From: Bacteroides sp.
GTDB lineage: Bacteria > Bacillota > Clostridia > Oscillospirales > Ruminococcaceae
DNA length: 64,000 nucleotides
Assembly: GCA_023663265.1 (NCBI GenBank)
Contig: JAMPHV010000004.1
Span: 410-64,409 of the forward strand
Direction: 5' to 3'
Below are positions 62,295 to 64,000 of this stretch, in pieces. Within the stretch, counting starts at the first letter, position 1, and each line of letters opens with the position of its first letter. The position numbers and the translations under genes were made by a program. Below the pieces are notes generated by a model. The model ran no database searches. It was not told the origin of the DNA and worked only from the letters and a program-made list of their open reading frames with translations.

Positions 62295-63998
62295 TCAGCT
62301 TACGTCTATTATATCAAGATAGCGGCTGCCATACTTGGAAATGAAGTCCTTTCTCGCCGAAAGATTATCCCCGAGAAGCATATCGAACATTTCCTGCGTT
62401 GCCTCTATATCCGAGGGCATGACCTTTATCAGCCTTCTTGTATCGGGGTTCATGGTAGTCAGGGACATCATTTCCGGCTCGTTTTCGCCAAGACCCTTTG
62501 ACCGCTGTATCGTGTACTTTTTTCCGTCAAATCCGCTTACGATACGGTTTTTTTCCGCCTCAGTATAAGCGAAAAAGGTCTCGTCCTTACACTCTATCTC
62601 ATACAGCGGCGATTCCGCAATATAAACATACCCCTCCTGTATCAAAGTGGGCGTCAGTCTATACAGCATGGTCAAGATCAGCGTTCTGATCTGATAGCCG
62701 TCATAATCCGCATCTGTACAAATAACGACCTTGTTCCAACGTAAATTTTCAAGGGAAAAGTTGGACAGCTCCTTATTCGCCTTGCTCTGCACCTCTACGC
62801 CGCAGCCAAGAACCTTCAGCAGATTTGTAATGATCTCGCTTTTGAATATCTTATCATAGCCCGCCTTAAGACAGTTCAAAATTTTTCCTCTTACGGGCAT
62901 GATCGCCTGATACTCCGAATCGCGCGCAAGCTTGACCGAGCCCATAGCCGAGTCGCCTTCTACAATATACAGCTCGCGTCTTGAAATATCCTTGCTGCGG
63001 CAGTCTACGAATTTTTCCACGCGATTGCTGAGGTCAATGTTCCCTTCCAGCTTCTTTTTAAGGTTCTGGCGCATCTTATCTGCGTTTTCTCTCGACCTCT
63101 TGTTGACGAGCACCTGCTCGCATATCCGTATAGCTTCATCGGGATTTTCAATAAAATATACCTCAAGATTATGCTTAAGCCAATCCGACATGGCTTCCTG
63201 TATAAATTTATTGTTTATTGCCTTTTTGGTTTGGTTTTCATAGCTGGTTTGGGTGGAAAAGTTGGAGGAGACAAACACTAAGCTGTCCTCAACATCGTTA
63301 AACGTGATCTTGCTTTCGTTTTTCTGATACTTGTTGTTGTTTTTCAGATAAGCGTCTATCTGATAGACAAAAGCCTGTCTTACCGCCTTATCCGGGCTGC
63401 CTCCGTGCTCCAGCCAGCTTGAATTGTGATAGTGCTCAATAAGCCTTACCTTGTTGGAAAAAACGAACGCAGCCTTTAGCTTTACCTTGTATTCGGGCTT
63501 ATCCTCGCGGTCGCGTCCCGTTTTCTGCGCCTGCCAGTGCTGCGGGAGCGTAAGCGCGTTTTCCCCTACAAGCTCGTCAAGATAATCGTCGATCCCGTTT
63601 TCGTAGCAAAAAATATGCTCCTCAAAGCCGCCCTCCGACGTTTCTTTTCTGAAAACGAACTCCAAGCCGTCATTTACGATAGCCTGTCTTTTTAGAACAT
63701 CGAAAAAGTACTCATCGGAAATATCTATCTGAGTAAAAACGTCAAGATCGGGCTTCCATTTGGTTTTTGTACCCGTAACACCCGAGGACTTTTTCTTGAT
63801 AAAGCCCTTTTCATTTTCCTTTAGGGTAACATTAAAGCCCTTTTCAAAGCTTAAGGAATACTGCCATGTACCGTTGTCGCTGACGACCTCCATATATTCG
63901 GAGGAAAACTGTGTGGCGCATAGACCCAAGCCATTCAAGCCAAGGGCAAAGGAATAGTTGTCTCCGCTGTTGTTGTCGTACTTTCCGCCCGCGTATAA
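62295..63998 (-). CDS. Type IIA topoisomerase B subunit (GyrB/ParE family), 5' end outside the window
   Basis: GHKL GGKY...GLNGLG, TOPRIM VEGDSA, PVRGKILN, DADYDG, SKGLGE; the frame is open to the window end. Confidence 0.9.
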   Translation of the reverse strand, partial: LYAGGKYDNNSGDNYSFALGLNGLGLCATQFSSEYMEVVSDNGTWQYSLSFEKGFNVTLKENEKGFIKKKSSGVTGTKTKWKPDLDVFTQIDISDEYFFDVLKRQAIVNDGLEFVFRKETSEGGFEEHIFCYENGIDDYLDELVGENALTLPQHWQAQKTGRDREDKPEYKVKLKAAFVFSNKVRLIEHYHNSSWLEHGGSPDKAVRQAFVYQIDAYLKNNNKYQKNESKITFNDVEDSLVFVSSNFSTQTSYENQTKKAINNKFIQEAMSDWLKHNLEVYFIENPDEAIRICEQVLVNKRSRENADKMRQNLKKKLEGNIDLSNRVEKFVDCRSKDISRRELYIVEGDSAMGSVKLARDSEYQAIMPVRGKILNCLKAGYDKIFKSEIITNLLKVLGCGVEVQSKANKELSNFSLENLRWNKVVICTDADYDGYQIRTLILTMLYRLTPTLIQEGYVYIAESPLYEIECKDETFFAYTEAEKNRIVSGFDGKKYTIQRSKGLGENEPEMMSLTTMNPDTRRLIKVMPSDIEATQEMFDMLLGDNLSARKDFISKYGSRYLDIIDVS

Positions 63999-64000
63999 GG

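Overview
Core chromosomal segment of a low-GC Gram-positive anaerobe (Bacillota/Clostridia, probably Oscillospiraceae-like; inferred from PolC, DnaD, a CIRCE site, a T-box and GSIII). Almost all genes are on the minus strand and housekeeping: clpB, uvrAB, radC, ilvD, ROK kinase, mannose-6-P isomerase, dnaC/dnaD-like pair, GH35, the his operon, polC, ispG-rseP-dxr-cdsA-uppS-frr-pyrH, hom, two M42 peptidases, yicC, glnA (GSIII), cimA-leuCDB and a ParE/ParC-like type IIA topoisomerase pair. groESL, a BlaI/BlaR1-like pair and an SCP2 gene are on the plus strand. I see no transposase, integrase, CRISPR array, tRNA or rRNA. The best leads are regulatory and architectural: (1) an Ile-specific T-box with a 112-nt insertion in stem II driving cimA-leuCDB; (2) two long perfect hairpins sharing a 9-bp motif, plus a degenerate Dabb gene, between leuC and leuD; (3) a BlaR1-type M56 protease fused to a Zn-ligand-degenerate M23 domain; (4) an orphan ribbon-helix-helix gene heading the clpB operon, which has no CIRCE or CtsR box; (5) a PstS-like/RsiV-like lipoprotein inserted into the his operon; (6) an ANTAR-like attenuator before glnA; (7) a mosaic family of terminator hairpins. 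All family assignments come from motif recognition by eye; no database searches were run.
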